DNA of 63,474 nt, the filler included, from Reticulomyxa filosa (lineage: Eukaryota; Protista; Foraminifera): assembly GCA_000512085.1 (NCBI GenBank). It is 20 parts of 20 records of this genome, joined end to end, with 100 filler letters (N's around TTAATTAATTAA, not from the genome) between each part and the next. Parts side by side here need not be neighbours in the genome. Positions count along the whole stretch, not along the records: positions 1 to 5,611 come from ASPP01028123.1; positions 5,712 to 7,752 come from ASPP01032955.1; positions 7,853 to 11,566 come from ASPP01008399.1; 17 more parts are not named here. The stretch is one strand, 5' to 3'. The notes beneath the pieces were generated by a model, which was not told where the DNA came from, ran no database searches, and saw nothing but the letters and a program-made list of their open reading frames with translations. The stretch's first letter is position 1. Each line of letters starts with the position of its first letter. The position numbers and the translations under genes were made by a program. Shown in pieces: positions 1-11,666 of the stretch.

Positions 1-74
1 AAAAAAAAAAAACACGTACAAAAAAAATCGGCACAACATTGCGCGTTGTGGTTCTTTCTTTTTTTGTTTGATAG

Positions 75-542
75 GTAAGACATTGTATTCATTTACTGGA
101 CGATCACCGCACATTCGAATACAAAATGGTGGACTTGGGCAAAGTTCACAGTACCTATGGGGTCCAATTGTCTCAGTTGCAATCGTTCGGAGATGTGCTG
201 ACCGACTGCGTTCGACGTCACACTCCGCTGAAATGGACAGAGGAGCATACCAATGCCTGGCAATGGTTTTGGAAAATTGTAGTAGATTTGTTTAGTCGTG
301 GCATGCTTGAACATATCGAAGAAAAAAAGGAATTGGAAGAACTGATACAAGAACGAGGAGCTCAAAAATTGATCGCCACAGAGGATGATGGAAATAACAC
401 CAACATTGATGCCGATGCAGACGTCGATACTAGTGTTGACGAAACTCAAAATGAAGAATCTGCCTTTAAATTGAGAAGACGGTTTATTAACAATAAACTA
501 GAAGATGACGTCATGAGTATCAAGAAAAATAAGGAAGAATAA
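75..542 (+). CDS. Globin-domain protein, terminal exon (F-G-H helices plus acidic/basic tail); 5' part is outside the window
   Basis: Acceptor TTTGATAG at 73-74, then in-frame VRHCIHLLDDHRTFEYKMVDLGKVHSTYGVQLSQLQSFGDVL..WTEEHTNAWQWFW. This matches the globin pattern LDD..LG..H..YGV..F..W.E..AW with the proximal His in LGKVH. Confidence 0.8.
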   Translation, partial: VRHCIHLLDDHRTFEYKMVDLGKVHSTYGVQLSQLQSFGDVLTDCVRRHTPLKWTEEHTNAWQWFWKIVVDLFSRGMLEHIEEKKELEELIQERGAQKLIATEDDGNNTNIDADADVDTSVDETQNEESAFKLRRRFINNKLEDDVMSIKKNKEE

Positions 543-1898
543 CCAACAAATGCGATGGAAAAGCTACAGCGTGGATATCTGTACGTAATTCAGGAAGGAC
601 TTTTTCAGCATTAAAAAAAATAAGAATTAAAAAAACAAAACAAAAAAATAAGAAAGATGTGTGGATATTTTTTAGTTGACTGTCTCACACGCAACGCTTG
701 ATGCTAGAATACAATATTAACTTCGATTAAAAAATGTCAATGACTTCACATTATCATTGAAAGGAAAAAAAAAAACCAAAAAAAACGGCAGGCTTGTTTG
801 GTAATACATTTATTAATTTTTTTTATAATTTCTTATCTCACACGCGTTTCGAATGTTTACGTTTCTGAAAAGTTTCTAATTCGTAATTTTTTATTTCTTT
901 TCAGGAAAAATCTGGTGTTGCCTCGCAAAATTCATCAAACTGAAAAGCTACACAAAAAAGGATTTTCAACCTACAAAATGATACCAATGACTTCATTCAC
1001 AATTTGATGATTGAAAGATAAATATTCCTAAAAACAAAGAGTGATCGAATCAAAGAATAATTTTGAAAAGATGCAAAATTATAAGTATAACGCATACACA
1101 TTGATCAGTGTTTTTCCTAGGGAAATTATCATATATTTGATTGTTTTATGAAGGCATAGGCAAAAAAAAAGATACCCTCATTGGAGCGGTAACATAAAAA
1201 TTTGTATTAGATTTCTTAAATGGGTATTCATTTATATGCAACGGGTCAATTTGTTGTTTATACACAGCAAAAATGTATCAAACTATGGAGTGAGTTATTT
1301 GCAAGCGTTAGAGAAAGCAGGCCTCCCTTGGATCCAACAGAAAGAAATTATAAAACATTGCCCAAAGCAAAGACATTGGGGTTGAGACATATTCACATTT
1401 GATCAAAGGACAGATGTTGAAAAAATCAAATCAACATTTGCAGTGAGCGATACCAAAAAAAAAATGCCAAGATCCAATGAAAAATAACTCATGTTTTAGA
1501 TTCGTGTTTCTTATTGAACAACAGTGCTGCCAAGTCCATTGTTTTATTTCTAAGCAAATCATTTTTTAGTAAAAAGATTATCCTCAAATATCAACTTTTA
1601 ATAAGTATTCGCAGCAACAAAAAAAACAAGCTATTTCTGTTATCGAGTATTTGTTCATTAAATTTCTTGCTTTTTTTGTCAAGTACATAGTTTTAATTTC
1701 TTAAGTTGAAACATAGACCTGGTCATGATGTATAGATCAAATTGCAATTTTTTAATTTAATACATGTAGGACAAGACCCCAACAATATAAAGGGAAGTTC
1801 CTGCCCTTTTTTTTACAACAACTTACTCATTTACCTTTTCTTCCAACCCTCTTATTCTCTTGATGCTGTTGTAATTTATTTTTGCAAGTAATTTTTGT

Positions 1899-2438
1899 TT
1901 ATAAGTTCCAAATATCAAAATCTTCCATTTCATCATCTTCTGGAACATATTTCTTTCCAACTTCTAATAGATTACAAGGGTTGTAATGTCTTACAGATAC
2001 TCTGCCAATGTAATCATAATCTTTTTCGATGAAGTATACTAGAGTCGCTGTTTCTAGTGCTTCCGGTTTTGACCACATATATTTTTGCTCCATGTTTTTT
2101 AGATTTATTCCTAACATGTCTCTAATTGTGCATGCAGGTCCGTTGTATGGTCTTAATTTCGTTTGTTGTCTTTGTATCTTGTTAAGTTCTGTAATTGATC
2201 TCATACTAATACCGAGCGTTGATTCAATACTAAAGATTTCACTTCTTTGATTTAACTTCTTTAAGGCTAATATTAAAGCACATTGATATGAAATCCAATT
2301 AAGTAAATTACTCATTTCGTGGTAGAATTCTATCTTTTATAAATTATACGTATCCGATGCCTATGTATTTGCTGGGGAGAATTCAATAACTTTGGATTCC
2401 GGTTCCGAGTCGCTGGTGAGATCAATAATGTTGGACAT
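1899..2438 (-). pseudogene. Intronless orphan ORF with an N-terminal SIM-like motif (IIDLTSDSE) and two in-frame stops
   Basis: ATG at 2438 is in frame with ORF 1899-2315 and reads MSNIIDLTSDSEPESKVIEFSPANT*ASDTYNL*KIEFYHEMSNLL. No recognisable family. Confidence 0.45.
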
Positions 2439-2669
2439 AATGTTTGTTCTTGTTTATAATTTTAAAATCAATTATTAATGAATATAAATTTCTTTACTAT
2501 GTAATAACTTTTACTGCTGTAACTATTTTACTTCCTTTTCTTATTTATAAATAACTTGTACAATTTCCATTGCTAGAATTATCCATATTACGCAATTTCG
2601 CATGTAATATTCTTGTTGGATTAATCACTTTTATCAAGAAACTACACCCACTTTGTATTTAGTATTATT

Positions 2670-3470
2670 TTATTGTCTTTCTTTTTCTTTTTCTTCTTCA
2701 ATTAACAAGTTATGATAACTTCTAACCATACTTGAAGTGATTAATTGTTTTTTGTTTAGCATTACTTCGACCATCCTAGATATCATAGTATCTTCAATAT
2801 TTATTAATTTATTGTCTACTGTTATATACCCATTACTTGTTACTTTTAGGTCGACTTCTGGTATGTTTTCGGCACTTTGGTTTTTCTTGCATTTCATATA
2901 ATATCTGTAACCTTCATCATTATATATTCTGCATAGCCATACTCTTGATTGTGTTTTGTATACTAATACTATTCCAAGTTCATCATTTTCTATTACTTCT
3001 TCTAGTGTTTTAAACCATTGCCATTGATTAGTGATGCTTGGCGTTCTGTAACAAATTGTTGATAATATTTCTTTGATTCTTGTGTGTGATTTATACATAT
3101 CTTTTTCCATCATTTCTATTATTCTTGCGTTTTCATGTTTACTGTGTTCCATTTTTGAGCTGTTTTCCCACTATCTTTTCTTAACCATGTTGGTAGAGAA
3201 TTCTAGTTCTTCTTCTTCAAAATCCTGTTTCCTACTAGATTCATTCTCAATCCAAAATTTTCTGCAGATTTCTTTTATTTCTTCATCTTCACATCTTTTT
3301 ACTTCTTCTATGCCTTTCATTTTAAATTCTATTGATGCTTCTGCTTCATCATCATCTGCATTCATATCGTAGTATGCTTCGAAAGGTTGTGCTAGCCTTT
3401 GTCTTTCTTTTTCTATAATTAGTTTATCTAAGATGTCATCATCCAATATTTCCATTTTATCTACTTCCAT
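2670..3470 (-). pseudogene. Intronless acidic orphan ORF split by one in-frame TAG (ORFs 3171-3470 and 2670-3152)
   Basis: Both ORFs are in the same frame. The junction reads MVKKR*WENSSKMEHSK. No introns and no recognisable domain. Confidence 0.45.
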
Positions 3471-3831
3471 TGGACCATGTGCTTGTAATCCTGTTGTTTC
3501 TTCATTAAATTCTGTTTGCTGTCATGATTGTATTTTCTTGTAGACTGGTCGCCATTTTATACGTATACTTTTTTTGGCTGCTACGGCTGTTCGCACTTTT
3601 TTTTTTGTTCTTTTTTATTTTTGGAGTGGATTTTTTTGTGTAGACTGGTCTACTTTAGTATACTAGTAGTTTATTTTCAGCTAAACTTTAGCCTTATGAC
3701 CCAACTAACAGTATTATTAACTAAACCACGTAGGTTTAATACTTATTATACCTGTTGGTAATAAAACTTTGAAACTAGTTGTACTTTTTTCAGAGACTGA
3801 CTCAGTCACTTTATTTTATCCTTATCCGGTC

Positions 3832-4152
3832 TTATCTACGGAATTTCGCAAGTTTTTTGCTAAATATACATTTTGTATTTTTAATTTCACAATTGTTACA
3901 GTTACATCCTGCATATTTGATGATAATCATGTTGATTTCTATATAATTGCATCTTTTTTGTATTTCTATTAATTCTTGAATTCTTTTATAATGTATTTAA
4001 TCAATCATTGAGAATTTCATGTATTCAATATATTTATTCTTTTCAATTAACAGGCATTGTTCTGTATTTAATACTTTATGGATAATGTCTTTTTCTTTCA
4101 TAATTCTTCTCTTTTCACCTTCAATTAATGTAAATGATATTTCGGTTTCCAT
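3832..4152 (-). pseudogene. About 105-aa orphan ORF with one internal TAA and a Cys cluster (mirror copy at 5274-5594, + strand)
   Basis: Manual translation: METEISFTLIEGEKRR...MKFSMID*IHYKRIQELIEIQKRCNYIEINMIIIKYAGCNCNNCEIKNTKCIFSKKLAKFRR*. Confidence 0.35.
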
Positions 4153-4252
4153 GTTGATATAACTTGTATTTTTTTGAGTTAATTTTGGAGTTTCCCTTTG
4201 TTTGAACTTTTCAGACGTTCATTTTTTTGGATTTTTCCATTTTGTTTTTGCA

Positions 4253-4421
4253 TGTTTTTGGATCACTATTTTCGTTTCTGTAATGTACTGTTTTTGGACC
4301 ACTATTTTCGTTTCTATAATGTACTTTTTGTTTTTGTTTGTTCTTGGATCACTATTTTCGTTTCTGTAATGTACTTTTGTTATGCATGTTCCTGGATCAT
4401 TATTTTTGTTTCCAAAGTACT
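4253..4421. repeat. Four imperfect direct repeats (core TGGATCACTATTTTCGTTTCTGTAATGTACT) inside the IR arm, mirrored at about 5005-5173
   Basis: Copies are visible near 4255, 4291, 4341 and 4389. Confidence 0.9.
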
Positions 4422-5611
4422 TTTTTTGATTATTGATTTCATTTCTATTGTGTACTTTAATTTAGATTTTAATTTATGATTTAATTTTCTTTTTATATTA
4501 TTATGTTATCACTCTTATTTATTATTACTTTTGATAAAGAATTTATTATTATTATTCTTGAATTCCTTTTTCAATATAGGTACTTTTCATATTTATAATT
4601 TCAAAAGAAAAGAAAGTCCAGTGATGAAATTAAAATATCGTCAAGCGAAGTTTGTCGATATAATAATGAAATCAATGCAGAATACTGCATTATGGGATGA
4701 ATAAATGGAGAATTGATGACTATGGCATACGAACGTGAAGCCCGCAATGACGGAAGCCGGTATGAAACCTATAGCAGAAATATTCCCAAGTAAAAATCCC
4801 AGAAAATGAACAATCTTTATTAAGAAATTATAAATATGAAAAGTACCTATATTGAAAAAGGAATTCAAGAATAATAATAATAAATTCTTTATCAAAAGTA
4901 ATAATAAATAAGAGTGATAACATAATAATATAAAAAGAAAATTAAATCATAAATTAAAATCTAAATTAAAGTACACAATAGAAATGAAATCAATAATCAA
5001 AAAAAGTACTTTGGAAACAAAAATAATGATCCAGGAACATGCATAACAAAAGTACATTACAGAAACGAAAATAGTGATCCAAGAACAAACAAAAACAAAA
5101 AGTACATTATAGAAACGAAAATAGTGGTCCAAAAACAGTACATTACAGAAACGAAAATAGTGATCCAAAAACATGCAAAAACAAAATGGAAAAATCCAAA
5201 AAAATGAACGTCTGAAAAGTTCAAACAAAGGGAAACTCCAAAATTAACTCAAAAAAATACAAGTTATATCAACATGGAAACCGAAATATCATTTACATTA
5301 ATTGAAGGTGAAAAGAGAAGAATTATGAAAGAAAAAGACATTATCCATAAAGTATTAAATACAGAACAATGCCTGTTAATTGAAAAGAATAAATATATTG
5401 AATACATGAAATTCTCAATGATTGATTAAATACATTATAAAAGAATTCAAGAATTAATAGAAATACAAAAAAGATGCAATTATATAGAAATCAACATGAT
5501 TATCATCAAATATGCAGGATGTAACTGTAACAATTGTGAAATTAAAAATACAAAATGTATATTTAGCAAAAAACTTGCGAAATTCCGTAGATAAGACCGG
5601 ATAAGGATAAA

Positions 5612-5711
5612 NNNNNNNNNNNNNNNNNNNNNNNNNNNNNNNNNNNNNNNNNNNNTTAATTAATTAANNNNNNNNNNNNNNNNNNNNNNNNNNNNNNNNN
5701 NNNNNNNNNNN
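5612..5711. other. Artificial contig linker N44-TTAATTAATTAA-N44, first of 19. Others start near 7753, 11567, 16367, 19640, 25281, 26970, 32870, 34968, 36507, 42131, 47724, 49268, 50554, 51654, 54605, 57727, 59205 and 62043
   Basis: The same ~100-bp N-flanked six-frame-stop linker recurs through the window. Confidence 0.98.
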
Positions 5712-6176
5712 TCCAGATTGCAAGGGGAAATTTTATTGAATTTTTTTTAGAATAAGAAAGTTCTTTTTTAACGTAAAAAAAATGATAGAATATTTCACTA
5801 CAGTAATACAATACATCCAAATCTGGAAAAGAACAAGAATTCAAGAAATAAAATTATTTTTGTTTCGTCTTGATGAACAAGCTGCACATAAACCACAAAC
5901 GAACTGTGTAATATAATTGAATAGCATGTTCATTAATCTCTTTATTAATTTCATTTTCTTTGTTTTGCATTCATAGCTCTTTTTCTTTCAACAAATTTTT
6001 CTTTGATATTTCTTTGATTTTTCCAAAATTGAAATGCACACAGCTATTTATTCACTATTTTTGCTTGAAAACGTAGGTCATCTCCAAGATAAAAAAAGTC
6101 TATTCAATCCAGTTATTGAAAACTACATAATAATTTTTGGTATTAAAAAAAAAAGAAATTCTTACCTCTGTAAGAA

Positions 6177-7752
6177 ATGCAATCAAAAAAGAAAGCTGAC
6201 CCAAAAAGTGGAACGACTCCAGTTTCTTTTGACCGGTTATGTTTCGACAAAGACTGGATTTTGCAAACTAATCAATCTGAAGCAATCAATCACTTTATTT
6301 GTTTGATTTGCAAACAAGTTGCCAACAATGCTTTGGAATCTCATTGTCCTCAACACGAAGATATGAAAGAATCATTGATTGTAGGTGGATATTGTTTACA
6401 GCAATATCTCAAATCAAATTCTAATTCATGTCCTATCCAACCACATGAAAATTCCATTTTTTTAAGAAATAAAGTGGTGCGACAACAAATTGGAGATTTG
6501 ATTGTATTGTGTCCATTACAGTATGGAAATACTCAAAAAGATGAATCAACAAAAAAAATTCAAGTTTGTAATTTTAAAGGAAAGATTAAAGAATTACAGG
6601 ATCATTTGCACAAATCATGTCCTTTGAAATTACTTGATTGTTGGTTCAAACCATTTGGATGTAATCATGTCTGTCTTAGACAAGAATTAAATGAACATTT
6701 GATATCTAACATTCAATCTCATTTTCAATTGGTCATTCAATTTATCCAAACGATAATAGAAAAATTATTCCAACCTCAAAAGGATTTTCAATTATCCAAT
6801 TTTCCTATGGTTTTGTTTTTTAAAAAAAAAAATAATATTTTTTCTTTCTTTTTGTTTTATTTTGTATGTGTCTTGTTTCAACAGCAAATGATCATTTCTG
6901 AAATTGACAAATTGAAGAAAAATACTCAAAACAAAGATGACGAAATTAATAAATCAAATGATGCTGGAATATGTCACAATTGTTCAAACTTCCAAAACAG
7001 AAAAGATGTATATTTTTCTTCACTTAAAACATTTTCAACTGTCTCTTTTAATTCATTCCAATCTTCCAAATTAAGTAAGAGTTTCATTGGACACACTACA
7101 GTGTAAGGAGTATTGATTATGCGTCATTTAATGGGAAACAATATCTTTGTTCTGGATCAAAAGATAAAACAGTTTGTGTATGGAATGTAAAAACAAGACA
7201 TCTATTGAAATGCTTCAAAGGACACTCTACTGAGGTATATAGTGCGAAATTTTCACCGTATCATTATTATGATAATCGTCATTTGGTAATTTGCTCTTCA
7301 TCAAAGGACATCAGCATTCGATTTTGGGACTTCGATACTGATAGAGAATTTGAAACACTCAATAGACATACTAAAGATGTTAACCATGTTCAATTTTCTC
7401 CATTTAGTTGTGGTCAATATTTGTGTTCTGGATCAGATGACAAAACTATTCATTTATGGGATATTAAAACATTAAGTTTATTACATGTTTTCAATGGACA
7501 TACAAATATTGTTTTGTGTATTGATATTTCACCATTGCAAAGCAATAATAACAACAACAATGATAATAAAAGTAACAATATCGGTATGATTGGTGGTAAT
7601 GGATACACTATTTGTTCTGGATCATATGATAAAACCATTCGAATATGGGATATTGAAACAACAAAACAACTCAATGTATTCAAAGGACATGAAGGTGCAG
7701 TGAGGGGCGTAAAATATGGATCAAATGAATTATCAAATACAATATTATCTGG
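6177..7752 (+). CDS. RING-like + TRAF-type zinc finger + coiled coil + WD40 protein (TRAF7-like architecture); frameshift near 7100; 3' truncated
   Basis: CLICKQVANN..C..H..CLQQYL..CPI RING-like region; CNFKGKIKELQDHL..CPL..CWFKPFGC..LNEHL TRAF zinc fingers; GH..WD repeats from about 7090; intron at about 6810-6884. GGACACACTACAGTGTAAGGAGT needs one extra base to read GHTxSVRSIDY. Confidence 0.85.
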
Positions 7753-7891
7753 NNNNNNNNNNNNNNNNNNNNNNNNNNNNNNNNNNNNNNNNNNNNTTAA
7801 TTAATTAANNNNNNNNNNNNNNNNNNNNNNNNNNNNNNNNNNNNNNNNNNNNTTTTTTTTTTTTTTTTTTTTGGGCTTGTTGTACTCACAG

Positions 7892-8099
7892 AGACCAGAT
7901 CAATTCGAATAGCATTGTAGTTCGCGTTTTAACCACATTGAAATTCTTATATGATCAATGCTGCAAAGATGTCACACAACAATTCAGAAATGACTTGAAT
8001 CACAATTTACAAATCTTGATCAATGTGCAAGCAAAATATTCCAGTAATCTTGATGTTCGATCCCTGACACGCACTTTGATGCAAGCACTGTCCACTTAG
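7892..8099 (+). CDS. Terminal exon of a helical (ARM/HEAT-like) protein
   Basis: After poly-T and a CACAG acceptor the frame reads DQINSNSIVVRVLTTLKFLYDQC..DVRSLTRTLMQALST*. Confidence 0.35.
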
Positions 8100-9407
8100 A
8101 GATTTGGATTTGGTTGTTGCCTCTTTTTTCTCGCTTTTTGTATTTGGTGTGTTGTGATATGTTTATTCTTTACCTTGTTTTGTTTTGTTATTGTCTTTTT
8201 ACAAACTCGCCCGCTCATTGCATAATATATATTTTTTTTTTTTGTTCTTTTTTTTTTTTAACATTTTAAATTTTTTTGATTGGCATATGATGCTTGTAGT
8301 ATGGCAAGATCTATTCTTCATTTTTCAATTTTTTCTTGGTTAGACAGTGCTATCCATAATGATTTGTGTTTTTTTAATTTATGTTTCGGGCATATTTGAA
8401 ACTTTTGTAGCGAAACAGGTTGTATATCCATCTTTTAAACATTTGAAATCCGATTCTCCTTAGTTGCTTCATTTATTTTTTTTTAAACGTTTTTCTCAAA
8501 ATCTCCGATAATTGTGTATTCTGAAAGAAATGCCCAAAAATGTTCATCACATTAATACAAAAGTAATTTTAGACCATAAACAATTGTTTTTTTATTCATG
8601 CAATTTTACCCTTATGCAAATATGCCAATATTTTTTGACTGAAAAATTTCACATTATTGTGCTATTTTTATTCTATTTTATAAATCATTGTTACTGGGCG
8701 TGATATACTAAAGTTATAATTTAAACAGTCCAAAGCAAACACTCAATTTTTGATTGTATTTCTGAGTTAACATTGCTCAACTTTTTTGTAATGAACATAT
8801 GCAATTGATGGCAATTTTGTCGAACAATAATGATTAGCATGCATGTATCATGATATCTTTCCTTAATTTTGCTAATTTAGTTCTGAACAAAGTTTTTCCT
8901 TATCTTTCAGCTGTCGATTGTTCTTTATCATTTATTTTGCATTTTCTTTGTAAAATAAATGTAATGCCAATACTTCAATATCAGTCAGTACTTTGATCAA
9001 TCAGCTTTTTTGTTGTGATACACATGATCATTTTTAATGCTATTTATATGCGCTAAAAACGCACTGTGTTCAAGTTGATCATATCAAACAACGGCTAACA
9101 AATAAATCAAGTCATTAAATAAAATGAAAATTGTTGAAAGAATTTAAAATAATTTTGTTTGCTGATTCTGATATTTCGCAAAATTGGAGATCGAAAAATT
9201 ACAATCCAAAGTTGTGTTTCCAAGTTCAAAACGGAAGCACATCAATAACGGATTTTTAGTTTGGCTTGTTGTGCGTGAGTAAGAACTTTTCAGGGCAGAG
9301 GAAAAATTTTGCAGGTAATGTATTGATCAATATGCTCGGGATTATTTTTTTAACATTTATTTCGGTATTCCAAAATTCGACCGAGAAGTAACATTGAAAC
9401 TTAGCCT

Positions 9408-9998
9408 ATGGGTTGCCTGTGTTCAGCACCGAAGCCTCCACAAGAGGTTGACCGAGAAGTACTTTATAAATTTTTGCGAGATGAAGAAACATTGAAAGTG
9501 ATTTGGGAGCAGTTTAATGACAGTGAAGATGCCGGGATTGGCAGAGCTGAGTTTGATACGTTGTTATTTGCGGCGCTTCAAATTTTTTGTCAAGTAACTT
9601 CCCTCTCTGTGTATCCCAAACAAATAGAAAGCGAGACTCCCAACAAGCCAATATATTATAGTATTTAGTATTACACTATTCATCATTACTATCACAATCA
9701 CTACTCATTTTTTTTTTTTTTTAGACACCGTCCAAATAAACACTTTTTTTTTTTTTGGGACAAGCAAGCCCCCATTTCACTAAACGCACAATGAAAACAC
9801 TGGTAGGCAAGAGATCCTAACATGCCACTGCCATCTCGAGAGGCCATGGAACCTTACATTGAAAAATTAAGAAATGAATTAGCACCTAAAATTGACGTGG
9901 ACGGTGATGGTGTTATTTCTTATGAAGAGTTCAAAACCTTTGGAGACTATCTCAAAAAAGAGTATGAAAAAATCGAAAAAGCCTCACGTAAACAATAA
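9408..9998 (+). CDS. Small N-acylated EF-hand calcium-binding protein (exons 9408-9593, 9807-9998)
   Basis: MGCLCS N-terminus (myristoyl/palmitoyl-type motif); degenerate EF loop FNDSEDAGIGRAEF; canonical EF loop DVDGDGVISYEEF; the GT-AG intron keeps the frame. Confidence 0.85.
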
Positions 9999-10641
9999 TC
10001 CGTAAACAAAATTTTTTTTATTTTTGTTTTGTTTCCTGCACATTTCTTCACTTCTTTTTTTTTTTACAAAAAAACCTTTGTTTTGTCTTGGCTTATCTTG
10101 TCTCGTCTTTTTTTTAACTTTACTTTTCTTATACTCAAGTTGGTTCAATTTGGTGTGTGTGGAGAGTTTTGCAATGGAGGAGCGAGTGTTTTTTTGTTTT
10201 TGACTTTTTTTTTTTTTTAGTTGTTAACTTGGATATTGCCGCGTTTGAGATTTGTAGTTCACTTTTTTGTTTTTATGAAGTTTCACCCTTCAATATTCTC
10301 TACAAAAAAAGCTCATCGAAATTAAACACTTTTTAAAATTCGCTTTATTGAAAGCATTCATTTCTTTTTTACTCTCAAGTTCCCCACCCATCTGCTCTGG
10401 AGGTCATTAAAAATAGAACTATTAACTTAATTGCACGCATACAAATATTACTGTATTTTTAACTATTTGACATAATTTACTTTATAAAATATATTTTATT
10501 CTTTGTTTTTCAGCAATAAATGGATATACTTAAAACTTTAGGTATAAACGGATATGTACCGTTTTGTTTAAACCCGAAACGGGGTCCTTTATTGGAAAAA
10601 AATCTTGTCAATCGGTATTATAGATTAATAGCCGGGAATCC

Positions 10642-11470
10642 ATGTTGAGCACGGTGATTCCAGAACCGACTTATCCGAAAAAAGAAAGAACTCGCAGAGA
10701 ATCTGCGATTCTTTCGATGCCTAAAGAGTCGTACAGGTTGGTAACTACAAAGAAGATTTTTTTAAAGAGAACGGAGGAAGCAAAAAAAAAAAAAACAAAC
10801 AAACAAAAAAAAAAACATATATGTATATGCATACACATAAATTGGAAAGACCAATTCAACTATTTCACACTTCACCCGTGAGCAAAATGTCAATCTACGA
10901 AGTGGAATCGGTAAATAGCGGCGAAAAATATTTAATGAAAAGTATAAAAAATGAAAGTTGTGTAGCGTTGCAATTGAGATATGAGTTGGACCGTTTGAAA
11001 TTATTGAAGCATCCAATTTTGCCAAAATTGGCATTTATCGACTATGGAGACGCATATTCGTATATTATTTTTGAAAAGTAAACAGCAATAAAAAGCCTAT
11101 GTTTTTTTTTTTTTATATAATACTTACAACATATAACATATATAATAATGATCATGAACACTGAATGACATCAAACATAGATCAAAAGGACAACCATTGT
11201 GGACACCGGAACAGACACAAAAGTACCCAGGTTTGTTCTTTTTGTTAGTATGTTATAAAACAAACAATGGAATATTGAATCCCCATTATATACATATATG
11301 TATATGTATACACATATGTAATATGTATACGAATTTGAATATAACTGTAGAGAACGTCGTCAGGGCAATAACATATCAATTGGCACGTTGCATGCAATAC
11401 TCGCACGCAATCGGAGTCGTCCATCGTGATTTAAGACCGGCCAATGTGATTGTGCATTTTCCAACCCCAG
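10642..11470 (+). CDS. Ser/Thr protein kinase, multi-exon, 3' truncated
   Basis: KYLMKSI (beta3 Lys), ELDRLKLLKHPILPKL, YIIFE, and the catalytic loop MQYSHAIGVVHRDLRPANVIV. Confidence 0.75.
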
Positions 11471-11666
11471 AGTTTGCTTTTTCTCTTGCAATATATGTAT
11501 ATGTATATATATATATACATATATATATGTATATATGCATATATGTATACATACACGCACATTCATNNNNNNNNNNNNNNNNNNNNNNNNNNNNNNNNNN
11601 NNNNNNNNNNTTAATTAATTAANNNNNNNNNNNNNNNNNNNNNNNNNNNNNNNNNNNNNNNNNNNN

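Larger units (their letters stand above)
3815..5611. repeat. Large inverted repeat: arms 3815-4602 and 4824-5611 (788 bp each) with a 221-bp spacer; right arm cut by the contig end
   Basis: Position x pairs with 9426-x. Both arm ends were checked by hand, and ORFs 4198-4479(+) and 4947-5228(-) are identical. Confidence 0.95.

Noticed and set aside
1220-1402. 60-aa ORF between the globin and the orphan cassette
   Set aside because: Short, with no recognisable domain and no splice support.
4198-4479. 93-aa Phe-rich ORF and its identical mirror at 4947-5228
   Set aside because: A by-product of T-rich repeat sequence within the inverted repeat, with no ATG start or protein-like features.
5612-5711. 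Recurrent TTAATTAATTAA motif and ORFs ending in XXXLIN
   Set aside because: Artificial scaffold linkers. ORFs crossing them and gene neighbourhoods across them are not biological.
11480-11566. (TA)n/(TATG)n tracts translated as YIYI, also near 11905, 47240, 57120 and 62500
   Set aside because: Intronic microsatellites, not coding.
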